Shown here piece after piece: positions 40,351 through 49,856 of a stretch of 64,000 nucleotides of DNA. The notes under the pieces are model-generated. The model saw nothing but the letters and a program-made list of their open reading frames with translations, made no database searches and was not told where the DNA came from. The stretch covers positions 416,001-480,000 of the forward strand of contig OZ219856.1 in NCBI GenBank assembly GCA_964291395.2, given 5' to 3'. The position numbers were made by a program, and so were the translations under genes. Every line of letters starts with the position of its first letter. Position 1 is the stretch's first letter. The stretch is from Alphaproteobacteria bacterium (GTDB taxonomy: Bacteria; Pseudomonadota; Alphaproteobacteria; UBA2966).

Positions 40351-41235
40351 ATGCTGACGCCGACCCAGATAGGGGAGTACGAGGAACGGGGTTTCACGCT
40401 CGTCGAGGGCGCGGTCCCCCCCGATCTGCTCGCCGAGCTGCGCGCCGGCACGGACGAGATCGTCGAGGCCGCCCGCGGCCTGACCGAAAGCGACGAACGC
40501 TACGACTTGGAGGCGTTGCACACGCCGGAGGCGCCGAGGGTTCGCCGGCTCAAGTCGCCCTATCTGTTCTGGCCGCTGTTCGCGAAGCTCGTCCGGGAAG
40601 CGTGCATCCTGGATGCCGTGGAAGATCTGCTCGGGCACGACCTCAGGCTCTACAACCACAAGGTGAACATCAAGGCGCCGGAATACGGGGCTGCCGTCGA
40701 ATGGCATCAGGATTGGGCCTTTTATCCCCACACGAATGACGACGGTCTCGCCGCCGGGATCTACCTGGACGACGTGACGGAGGAGAACGGACCGATGATG
40801 ATCGTGCCGGGCTCGCACAGGGGAGAGGTCTACGATCATCATGCCGGCGGCTACTTTTGCGGCGCCATCGACCCGACGGCCTGCGACCTGGATTTCGGCG
40901 GCGCGGTACCGCTCACGGGTCCGGCCGGCACCATGACCCTCCACCATGTCAGGGCCGTACACGGGTCGGACCTCAACCGGTCCTCGCGTCCGCGCCGGTT
41001 CGTGATCCAGGGCTATTTCGCGGCCGACGCCTGGCCGCTGCAAGGGTATATCAAGAACTTCGACCTCGAGACGTTCGACGCCAAGATCGTGCGGGGCAGC
41101 CCGACGGGCGCACCGCGCATGGCCGATGTGCCGGTGCGCATACCGCTGCCCGAGGCGCTCAATCAGGGTTCCATCTACGAAAATCAGAACACCCTGGAGC
41201 ACCGCTACTTCGCCGCCTACGAAGAGGTCGCGTAG
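40351..41235 (+). CDS. PhyH family Fe(II)/2OG dioxygenase (second paralog)
   Basis: WHQDWAFYPHTN, PGSH and VHGS..N.S..PRR motifs. Confidence 0.88.
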   Translation: MLTPTQIGEYEERGFTLVEGAVPPDLLAELRAGTDEIVEAARGLTESDERYDLEALHTPEAPRVRRLKSPYLFWPLFAKLVREACILDAVEDLLGHDLRLYNHKVNIKAPEYGAAVEWHQDWAFYPHTNDDGLAAGIYLDDVTEENGPMMIVPGSHRGEVYDHHAGGYFCGAIDPTACDLDFGGAVPLTGPAGTMTLHHVRAVHGSDLNRSSRPRRFVIQGYFAADAWPLQGYIKNFDLETFDAKIVRGSPTGAPRMADVPVRIPLPEALNQGSIYENQNTLEHRYFAAYEEVA

Positions 41236-41312
41236 TCCGCCGAAGAGGGGATTCGGTCAAGCGTCCCGGATCCGGAAACCCCGGGGCCCGGCCTCCCGGG
41301 GCCGGGGCGTAT

Positions 41313-41501
41313 TCAGGAATTCTCCACTTCGCGACGGGCCGCGTCGATGGCCTCGGAGACCGCCTCGAGATCGCCGACCCGATACCCGAGCTTGAGGGCG
41401 AGCTTCGCCAGAAACAGGGTCCGGTTCTCCTCGCCGAGAGAGTCGAGCGCCAGCGCGATCTCGCGCGACACGTCCTCTCGGTCGGCGTCCGGGTCGTTCA
41501 T
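41313..41501 (-). CDS. DUF2783-like small helical protein
   Basis: LFLAKLALKLG..VGD...V..AI.AA pattern. Confidence 0.6.
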   Translation of the reverse strand: MNDPDADREDVSREIALALDSLGEENRTLFLAKLALKLGYRVGDLEAVSEAIDAARREVENS

Positions 41502-41630
41502 CGGGGTGGTCTAGCAAACTTGCCGGGTCCGCGCGAGCGGCCCCGTGTCGGCCGCCTGCCGAGCCGGTGACGGCCATCGACGTGTCCGTCCATTCACGGT
41601 ATCTGAGATACCCACGGAGGAACCTGGCAC

Positions 41631-43619
41631 ATGGGTGAGCCCCGGACGCCTGTCTTCATGTCCGCCAAGGAGGTCCTTGGCTATGACCTTCCCCGGTATC
41701 CCTATCGCATGCCGGAGGAGCAGCGGACGGGACGTGCCGCGCGACATCCCGTGATCGTTGTCGGCGCGGGCCTCGTTGGTTTGACGGCCGCGGTCGATCT
41801 CTCGGTTCGCGGCATCCCCGTCGTCCTCCTCGACGACTCCGACACGGTGGGAGCGCGCGGGCTCTCGTCACGGGGCGTGAACTTCGCCCGGCGCTCGCTC
41901 GAGATCTGGGACCGACTCGGGATGGGGGACCGGGTGGTGGAGAAAGGTGTCGTCTGGAACGTGCACCGCACCTACCTGGGGCCCGACACCATCTACGCCT
42001 ACGAGATGAACCCCGATCCGGATCAGAAGCATCCCGCGATTCTGGCGTTGCAGCAGTATCACGTGGAGCAGTACCTGATTGACCGGCTGAGGGAGCTCGG
42101 CATGGCCGACCTGCGCTGGCGGAACGAAGTCGTGTCCGTAAACGTGAAACCGGACCATGCCTCGGTCGAGGTTCGCACTCCGGACGGGCTGTACGGCATC
42201 GAGGCCGAATATCTGCTCGCCTGCGACGGTGCTCACAGCGCGGTCCGGAAATCGCTGGGCCTGGACTCGGCGGAAATGGCGTTCGATCGCTGGTTCATTT
42301 CAGACGTCAAAATCGAAACGGAGATCGCCCGCGAACGGCATCTGTGGATCGATCCGCCGTTCCATGAGGGGCGGTGCGCACTTCTCATCGAGATGGCGGA
42401 CGGCGTTTGGCGGACCGACATGCAACTCGGCGAAGACGCCGATATGGCCGACGCGGTAACCCCGGAACGTGCGATGGAGCGCCTCGACCGCATGTTCGGC
42501 GTCGACACGTCGTACGGGATCGTGTGGGCGGGCGCCTACAGTTTCCAGTTCCGGGTCCTGGACGAATTCCGGCACGGACGGGTCTTTTTCCTGGGCGACG
42601 CCGCGCACGAAAACCCACCCTTCGGCGGCCGTGGCGGAAACGGCGGCATCCAGGACGCGGACAACCTGGTTTGGAAGCTGGATCTCGTACTGAGGGGGCG
42701 GGCTCCGAGCACGTTGCTCGATACCTATCATCGGGAACGACATCCGGCGGCAGTGGAGAACATCGCGCAGACCGCGCGCAGTTGCTGGTTCCTGTCACCG
42801 CAATCCCGGGGAAGGCGCCTCTTGCGGGACGCCGTGCTGTCGTTCGCCAAAACGGATCCCGAGATCCGCCCGCTGGTCAACACGGGGCGCATGTCCGTGC
42901 CGTTCTCCTACGACTCGTCCGACCTGATCACGGCGGATTCCGACGAATGGGAAGGTGGCCCGCCTCCCGGCGCCGCCGTGCCCAACTGCAGGGTCGAGAC
43001 GATGGACGGCTCCTCCGCGCTGGCAGGCCACCTGTTGGACGATTGGGGCGGCGAGTTCGTTTGCCTCTGTTTCGCGGGCGCGGTAGCCGACATGCCGGAG
43101 GATGCGCGGCGGTACCTGCGAGGGAAGCTCCAGGCGGACCTTCCCGTGGAAACCCGGTTGCTGGTGACGGGGGGCGAGGCGGACGCGGAGTTCCGTACGA
43201 TCCGCGATTCCCGGAACGCCGCGTTCCGCGCTTATGCCGCGGAGCCGGGCTGTGTCTATCTGGTCCGCCCCGACGGGCACGCGGCGGCGCGGTGGCGCAC
43301 GTTCGATCCGGAACGGGTGGAAACCGCGATTTCGCGGGCCGCGGGACGGCACGCACCTGCCGGCGCGACCGGACCACGGACCCCGTCGTCCGCCGGAGAC
43401 CTGCGATTGCCCGATCCCGAGCGGCTGGACGAGCGCCTGTTCGAGAGGCTGGTCGATTCGGTGGATGCGGCCGAGCCCGACGCCGTTCCCGTTTTCCTGG
43501 AGCGTCTGGTACTGCACCTGAGCCGGCGTATCGAGGACCCCGACGTCGTCCGCGGCGCGATTTCGGCTTCTCTCCAGGATGTCGCCGCGGACGTCCACGG
43601 GGATTCAAGTCCGGCTTGA
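41631..43619 (+). CDS. FAD-dependent aromatic monooxygenase (MhpA-like) with a C-terminal DUF2783-like extension
   Basis: GAGLVG, ACDG.HS, GDAAH..PPFGG.GGN.GIQDA and YLVRPDGH motifs. Confidence 0.88.
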   Translation: MGEPRTPVFMSAKEVLGYDLPRYPYRMPEEQRTGRAARHPVIVVGAGLVGLTAAVDLSVRGIPVVLLDDSDTVGARGLSSRGVNFARRSLEIWDRLGMGDRVVEKGVVWNVHRTYLGPDTIYAYEMNPDPDQKHPAILALQQYHVEQYLIDRLRELGMADLRWRNEVVSVNVKPDHASVEVRTPDGLYGIEAEYLLACDGAHSAVRKSLGLDSAEMAFDRWFISDVKIETEIARERHLWIDPPFHEGRCALLIEMADGVWRTDMQLGEDADMADAVTPERAMERLDRMFGVDTSYGIVWAGAYSFQFRVLDEFRHGRVFFLGDAAHENPPFGGRGGNGGIQDADNLVWKLDLVLRGRAPSTLLDTYHRERHPAAVENIAQTARSCWFLSPQSRGRRLLRDAVLSFAKTDPEIRPLVNTGRMSVPFSYDSSDLITADSDEWEGGPPPGAAVPNCRVETMDGSSALAGHLLDDWGGEFVCLCFAGAVADMPEDARRYLRGKLQADLPVETRLLVTGGEADAEFRTIRDSRNAAFRAYAAEPGCVYLVRPDGHAAARWRTFDPERVETAISRAAGRHAPAGATGPRTPSSAGDLRLPDPERLDERLFERLVDSVDAAEPDAVPVFLERLVLHLSRRIEDPDVVRGAISASLQDVAADVHGDSSPA

Positions 43620-44849
43620 ACCCCCGTGCCGATTGCCGGCGCCGGCCGCCGCGCGCGCCGCGCGCGCGGGATCGAAGGCCAGGTCGTCGTCGCCGAAGAG
43701 ATCCGGGGGGTCCGCCTGATCCGCGCCGACCAGATTGCTCGCGCCGATGCCGATGAGGCGGAACCGCTGACCGCCGGAGAGGCGTGCCAGGGGCTGAAGG
43801 GCGGTCTCATACAGGGTTCGTGCGCGCCGGGTGGGCTCGGCTATGGTGCAGCTCCGCGTGAGGTTCCTGAAGCCGGAGGTCTTCAGCTTCAGGACGACCG
43901 TCCCGGCCGCAAAGCCGGAGGACTCGAGACGGCCGGCCACGCTTTCCGCCAGCGGCCACAAGGCCGAGGCGAGCACTTCCAGATCGGAAGTGTCGTGATC
44001 GAACGTGGTCTCGGACGAGATGCTCTTGGTCCGGCGAACGGGCGATACCCTGCGAGCGTCTTCGCCGCGGGCAAACCGCGCCAGCCGGCGGCCGACGGCG
44101 CCGTACCTGTCGAGCAGGACGGGCTCGTCGACGGCCCGCAGGTCGGAAATCGTCTCGACGCCGTCGCCGGCGAGACGCTTTTCGAGCGCCGGACCGACCC
44201 CCGGCAGCAGTCGAACCGGCTTGTCCGACAGGAATTCCTGGGCCTCTCGCCGGCCGATCACCGAGAAGCCGCGGGGCTTGTCCAGGTCGGAGGCGATCTT
44301 GGCGAGGAACTTGTTGTAGCTCAGACCGACCGACGCCGTGATCCGGACGTCTCGCTCGATCTTTCCGACCAGTCTCGCGACGCGCCGGGCGGGCGACGCC
44401 GTGCCGGACGACCTTCCCTCGCCGAGGTCCAGGAAGGCCTCGTCGATCGAGAGGGGCTCGACCAGGGGCGTCACGCCGCGCATGAGTTCACGGACTTGCC
44501 GCCCGACGGCGGAATATTTGGCCCGGTCCGGCGGCAGCACGACGGCTTCCGGGCATCTCTCCAGCGCCTGGAACATGGGCATCGCGGAGCGGATGCCGAA
44601 ACGGCGCGCGACGTAGCACGCCGCCATGACGACGCCCCGATGCCGACCGCCGACGACGACGGGCCGGTCGGTCAGACGGGGATCGTCGCGTTTCTCGATC
44701 GTGGCATAGAAGGCGTCGCAGTCGACGTGAACGATGGAGAGCTCGTTCAGTTCGGGGTGGGCGATCGTTCGTTCGGAACCGCAGGACGGGCACCGAACCG
44801 CTCGACCGGCGTCGAAGACCGAGGTGCAGTCGCGGCACAGTCCAGGCAT
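43605..44849 (-). CDS. dinB: DNA polymerase IV
   Basis: CRDC...CPSC Zn-ribbon, HVDCDAFYA, SIDEAF and NKFLAKIASD. Confidence 0.93.
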   Translation of the reverse strand: MPGLCRDCTSVFDAGRAVRCPSCGSERTIAHPELNELSIVHVDCDAFYATIEKRDDPRLTDRPVVVGGRHRGVVMAACYVARRFGIRSAMPMFQALERCPEAVVLPPDRAKYSAVGRQVRELMRGVTPLVEPLSIDEAFLDLGEGRSSGTASPARRVARLVGKIERDVRITASVGLSYNKFLAKIASDLDKPRGFSVIGRREAQEFLSDKPVRLLPGVGPALEKRLAGDGVETISDLRAVDEPVLLDRYGAVGRRLARFARGEDARRVSPVRRTKSISSETTFDHDTSDLEVLASALWPLAESVAGRLESSGFAAGTVVLKLKTSGFRNLTRSCTIAEPTRRARTLYETALQPLARLSGGQRFRLIGIGASNLVGADQADPPDLFGDDDLAFDPARAARAAAGAGNRHGGSSRT

Positions 44850-45199
44850 GCCCTCAACCGTAGATGGATCTCACCGGCCGCGGTCGCCGCCAGCGCGCCG
44901 TGCAACCCGTTCGCTCGGGAGCGATGGCTGGCCGGATTCCGTACCCGGCCTCACGGCGATCGTGCCTCGTTCGGCGTGAGGATCTCGGTGCGGTGATCCT
45001 CGATCCATGGATCTGTCACGGCCCTCTCGTGTTTCGGGTGCCAGCGTAGCCAGGCACGCGTCGCTTCGCCACGGGTTTGACTCGGACCGTTACAGCATTC
45101 CGCAACGTTTGGGATGGGATTCGACCCGGACAACTCCGGAAATGGCTGCCATCTTTTCTTGATTCCGGTGCTGCTCGCAGCTACGTTGTCGTGGACACC

Positions 45200-45253
45200 C
45201 CCTGTGGTTTCGACTGCAGGGCGCGAGGCCTCTTCGGGGGCCTCTGCTTTTTT
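45200..45253 (+). terminator. two tandem TTCG-loop hairpins followed by a T-run (terminator/attenuator-like leader)
   Basis: ccctgtggt-TTCG-actgcaggg, then gaggcctc-TTCG-ggggcctc, then tgctttttt, ending 11 nt before the NYN ATG. Confidence 0.65.
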
Positions 45254-45264
45254 GGCAGGTACCG

Positions 45265-45888
45265 ATGCGCACGGTCGTGTATGTAGACGGGTTCAATCTC
45301 TACTATGGAGCCCTGAAGGATACACGCTGGAAGTGGTTGGACTTGGTAGCACTGTTCGAGGAAGTGCTCCAACCACATCACCAGATCCTCGCGGTGAAGT
45401 ATTTCACGGCCAGGGTTTCGGATACGGCCCGTGACCCAGCCAAGAGCCAACGACAAGATGTTTATCTACGAGCGCTGCGGCATCATCGGCCAGAAGTAGA
45501 GGTGTACTTTGGGCATTTCCTAACCAATAGGACGCGAATGCCGCTCGTGCGGCCGATCGGAGGTCGGCGTACAGTGGAGGTGATCAAGACCGAGGAAAAG
45601 GGTTCGGATGTCAATCTCGCTGTACATCTCCTGAACGACGCTTGGCTGGGCGCCTACGATTGCGCGGTTGTGGTGAGCAACGATGGCGATGTTGCAGAGG
45701 CGATGCGCTTGGTTAGAGAGTACCACAACAAGCGGCTCGGCTTACTGACGCCGGGTACCCGACTATCGTCCAAGCAACTCAGGACAAACGCAGACTTCAC
45801 GCGCCGCATCCGACAGACCGCCCTGCGGCGTTCTCAATTGCCAGATCCGATCCCTGGTACAAACATCCGGAAACCTCGGAGTTGGTAG
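45265..45888 (+). CDS. NYN-domain (LabA/DUF88, PIN-like) protein
   Basis: YVDGFNLYYG, EEKGSDVNLA and VSNDGD acidic motifs; GC visibly lower than the flanks. Confidence 0.88.
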   Translation: MRTVVYVDGFNLYYGALKDTRWKWLDLVALFEEVLQPHHQILAVKYFTARVSDTARDPAKSQRQDVYLRALRHHRPEVEVYFGHFLTNRTRMPLVRPIGGRRTVEVIKTEEKGSDVNLAVHLLNDAWLGAYDCAVVVSNDGDVAEAMRLVREYHNKRLGLLTPGTRLSSKQLRTNADFTRRIRQTALRRSQLPDPIPGTNIRKPRSW

Positions 45889-45975
45889 TGCGTGGCGTGG
45901 GCTACAACCTCCAGATCGCGGTGGACACCAAACACAACCCGATCGCCGAGCAGCAGGTTCACAACAAGGTCTCGG
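45889..45975 (+). pseudogene. IS1182-like transposase scrap
   Basis: VGYNLQIAVDTKHN motif directly after the NYN stop. Confidence 0.5.
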
Positions 45976-45991
45976 CCCGGCCCGGCCACCT

Positions 45992-47239
45992 TCACTGGGG
46001 CATGTGCCAGCGGGGTCGTGACGGGCGCGCCAGACCGCGCGCTTCGAGAATCGTACGCGGCACGAGGGAATGCTCCGCCACTGACTTCAGGCCGGCGTGG
46101 GTTCCTTCCAGGAACCGCCGGTGAAGGGCCAGGAGAACGTGACCCAGCGTGGTCTCTTTCCACAGCCACCGCTGAACGTCCCGGGCCGCCGCTCCCGGCC
46201 GCGCCGTCGCTGCCTCGCAGTACAGGGCCTTGAGATCTTCCACGCAGTGCTTGAAGACCTCTTCGATCGACGATTCCGGGACCGGGTTGTCAGGGTGATC
46301 GTCCAGGAAGCCGCCGATGAAGGCAGCCGCGGATTCGGGATCGAGGCTGCAGGCGCCCACCGTGGTCCGGTTGCGCCGTTCGCGGGAGAGCCCATACCAG
46401 GGCAACAGGGACCGGAGTTCGCGAACCAGAGCCGCGGCGAGGTCATCCTCGGCCACCGGAGGCGGCGCAAGGGTCACCGGACAGGCCCAACCGTCCGCAT
46501 CGATGTCGGCCTGATCCGGCAGGTCCCGGTCGTATTCCGTCAGCAGCGGCCCGTTTGCCGCGTCAAACAGGTCGAGTGCCGCCCGCAGGACACGCCGTTG
46601 AAACGGCGCGTCGCCGGGGAGACCGAAGGGGCGTCCCAACGGGAAGCTGACCCAGAGCGCCCGTGGCGGTGAGATCGCCGCGGTGTGTTCCCGGACCAGG
46701 CTGATCTGCGTCGTCGGAATCCCCGAGCCTTCCAGGTAGTGGGCGAGCGCGCCGACGGCGCGCGTGCAGCTCGGTCACACGGGAACGAGGAGCACGGCGT
46801 TCACACGGTCTTCGCGAAGAAGCGCCGCCACGGTCGCGGCGTTCTCCCGCATCCACGCGGGATGGGTACCGCCGCCCATGAACGAGTAGTGATAGTCGGC
46901 AATCGAGCCGATCAGACGGTCGCGGGCCAGCTCCCGGAGGCGGTCGATGGGAAAGACGGCATTGAGATCTTCCTGGAATCCCGTCCGATCGAAGTTGACC
47001 GATACGTGGCTCATGACGAGGTCGTCACCCGTGCTCGTGCCGGGGATGACTCGATAATCTCCGGCCCCCGGCAGAAAGGGGCGATCGCCGCGCCGATGCA
47101 GTCCGGCCGTCGTGACGATGGCGACGCGCCGTTCCGTGGCCGCCGCCGCCGCCGCCCACGGCCGACCCTCGAAGGAGGGTACGTCGGCGTTCAAGATGTG
47201 CCGGCGATCCCAATCCGCGAGATCGCTGAGTCGTACCAT
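45992..47239 (-). CDS. PrdB/GrdB-like selenoprotein (Sec UGA at 46775-46777, U155-P-S-C) with C-terminal extension, about 415 aa
   Basis: track ORFs 46775..47239 and 45992..46639 are in frame; VAIVTTAGL, D.N.VFPIDRL.EL, SFMG, LVPV-UGA-PSCTRAVG, LE..GIPT and PRAL.V.FPLGRP motifs. Confidence 0.88.
46747..46763 (-). other. bacterial SECIS-like hairpin
   Basis: GCGCGCC-GUC-GGCGCGC beginning 11 nt after the UGA. Confidence 0.75.
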
Positions 47240-47243
47240 CGGA

Positions 47244-48473
47244 TCAGTTTAGCGGAGACCAGTGTTGCTGCAGGCGCGGAATCAGATATTGCTTGCCGAT
47301 AAGCTGGAACGTCTCATCCGCGTTTCTCAGCAGAATCTTCTGCAGGTCGAAGAACACGGAGCCCGCCGTCGTCTCGCCAAAGAACCAGGCGTCCAGATCG
47401 CCGCTGGTGGGCGCGCCGGGTTGGGCGAGCATCGCCTCGTAGTAATAAGCCTTGATGTCGTCGCAGGCCCATTTCAGAGCGCGGTCCACGCGGGCGCCGC
47501 CGATGGGGCTTTCCGGAATCTCGCCCGACAGGAAAGAAAGCACGAACGCGGCCGCGTCCGGCATCTCGAGACCGCTCGACCCGACGGTTGATCGTTCCGT
47601 CTTGCGGACGGCCAAGTCATGCCAAGGCGCGAGCCGGGCCATTTCCCTTGATAGCTTGGCATCCATCGACTCGTCGCCGGGGGTAGCCGAGGGGGAGGCG
47701 AGGCCAATCGGGCAGACCCACGGCTCCTCGTCGTCGCCTCGGTCGCGGGCGGCAGGCGCGTCTTCGGAGTAGTCCGCAATTATGGGACCGTCTGTGGATT
47801 CCAGCAGTTTCAACGCCGCTTTGACGACGCGCCGCTGAAAATCGGCGTCGTTCGGGACGCCGAGCGGCCGACCGAGCTCAAACGTCACCCAGAGCGTTCG
47901 GGGCGTGCGGTTCTTCTCGCTGTGTTCCCGAATCAAGCTGATATGCACCGTCGGGATGCCTTCGCGTTCGAGATGCTTTGCCAGCGCGCCCCCGGCGCGC
48001 GTGCAGGCCGGTCACACGGGGGTGAGAAGGACAGCGTCCACGGCGTCCTTCTTGAGAAGTCCCGCGAGCTGGGCCGCGGCCGGCTCCAGGGTGACCGGGT
48101 CGCTGGCGCCCATGAACGAGTAGTGAAAATCCGCGACCGATCCGATGACCCCGTCGTCGGCGAGCTCCCGCAGCCGGTCGATGGGAAAGACCACGTTGAC
48201 GTCCCGCTGGAAACCGCTCCGGTCATAATTGATGGACGCGTGGCTCATGACCAGCCGACTGGCATCCACATCGGCCGGGATCACACGATAGTCGCTCGAT
48301 CCCATGGCGAACCGCGGGTCCTCACGTGCGGTCAGGCCCGCGGTCGTTACGATCGCCACCCGGCGCTCCTTCAGGGGAGGGCCTGCAACGCAGGGCGCGT
48401 CCTCGATTTCCGGGATGGGCATGTTCTCGAGGAAGGTTCGTTCGGGCACGGGGACATCGGCCAGTCGTACCAT
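47244..48473 (-). CDS. PrdB/GrdB-like selenoprotein paralog (Sec UGA at 48012-48014, U154-P-A-C) with C-terminal extension, about 409 aa
   Basis: track ORFs 48012..48551 and 47244..47948 are in frame; LTPV-UGA-PACTRAGG; homologous to the neighbour on both sides of the UGA. Confidence 0.88.
47984..48000 (-). other. bacterial SECIS-like hairpin
   Basis: GCGCGCC-GGG-GGCGCGC beginning 11 nt after the UGA. Confidence 0.75.
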
Positions 48474-48648
48474 GATCGGGCCTTTCGGAGTTTTCGGTGC
48501 CGCCGGAGCACCGTGCGCAAATTCAGGCCGCGTAGTTATGCCCCGAGGCAAGGCATGTCAACCCGGCCGGCCCCCAGCCGGCCCCGGGATGGCCGTCCTC
48601 ATTCCCCGGTCAGGTGCTTGGACAACCCGACGACGCCCAGCTTGCCGC

Positions 48649-49380
48649 TCAGGGCAGCAACGCGTTGCCCAGGCCGCTGCCGCCGTCCACGAACAGCGTC
48701 TGTCCGGTTATGAATTCGGAAGAATCCTGCATCAGGAACCCGACCGCGTTGGCAATATCGGCAGGCTCCGCAAAGCGCCCAACCGCAATGCGATGCAGCT
48801 TGCGCTCTCGCTGCGGGCTTCCGATCGGATTGTTCCTGAGGAAGAATTCGGTGTTCGTCGGGCCCGGTGCAACGGCGTTGACGGTGATGCCGTGACTCGC
48901 CAACTCGAGCGCCCAGGTGCGGGTAAAGCTGATGAGCATGGATTTCGTACCCGAGTACGCCGTGCGCTTCGGGATACCGAGAACCAAATCGCTCGAGATG
49001 TTGACGATTCGCCCGAACTTCTGCCTCTTCATGGCCGGAAGGCACGCCTGGGCACACTGAATGGAGGTTATTACGTTGATCTCCATTACATGGTCGAACA
49101 CCTCGAGCTCGATTTCCTCGAGACTTTGTTCTCCCGTGGTTCCGACATTGTTCAGCAGCCCGTTGAACTCGTAACGCTCGGCCAATTCGGCCAATAATAT
49201 TCGGGTTGCGGTCCTGTCGCTGAAATCGCAGGCGAAGTGATCTCCGGGAAACTCGTCGTCGGGTGCGTCCAAATCCAGATTGACGATGTGATGGCCGGAA
49301 GCGGCGAGTTGCTCGGCGCAGCGTCGTCCGATGCCTCGGCTGGCACCGGTTATGAGAGTTGTTTTTGTCGAGTCCGTCAT
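48649..49380 (-). CDS. short-chain dehydrogenase/reductase
   Basis: TGASRGIG, NNVG, YSGTK and NAVAPGP motifs. Confidence 0.9.
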   Translation of the reverse strand: MTDSTKTTLITGASRGIGRRCAEQLAASGHHIVNLDLDAPDDEFPGDHFACDFSDRTATRILLAELAERYEFNGLLNNVGTTGEQSLEEIELEVFDHVMEINVITSIQCAQACLPAMKRQKFGRIVNISSDLVLGIPKRTAYSGTKSMLISFTRTWALELASHGITVNAVAPGPTNTEFFLRNNPIGSPQRERKLHRIAVGRFAEPADIANAVGFLMQDSSEFITGQTLFVDGGSGLGNALLP

Positions 49381-49856
49381 GGTGCGGCTCCGCGTAGTGG
49401 TAGGTCCAGCAATGGCCACAGAAGCATTGTCAGGCCGGTCTGAGCGTCTGTCCGGCAAGGAATTCCGAGTGGTCGATCCAGAACGTCTGAAGGCGGAGAC
49501 GTCCATTCCGTGCCGACCCGGCAGCCGTGGACATTGGCCTGGATGGGAAATTCTCCATTCAAAACCAGCAATAATCCGGGCGTATCCCCGGGTCCTTCGG
49601 TTCAATCGGCATTGAGGAACAGCCACGCATCGATATCGATTTCCGAAGAAGGAACAACACTCCGGGAATTGGCCGATACTATTCAGAAGTGCATCCAGCT
49701 CGCAATTGCCGGACGCTCGGACCGGTGCCGTCACCCTCACGTTCGACGGAACCGCGCGCCTCGGCGAGATGGATGCGGAGGCTTACCGGGCGCGGGCGCC
49801 GGCATGGTCGACGAACTCGCCGAACTCGAGCGTGACGCGGTTCGCGAGGGCTGCCG

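Noticed and set aside
45992-48473. Two pseudogenes with nonsense mutations, or four small genes
   Set aside because: Same TGA at the same aligned catalytic position in both paralogs, followed by xxC and a conserved hairpin; the track's downstream ORFs start mid-domain at TTG/GTG
49510-49850. Possible HicB-like fragment (SEEGTTLRELADTIQKCIQLA) in a lower-GC spacer
   Set aside because: Similarity too short, and no credible start or partner gene
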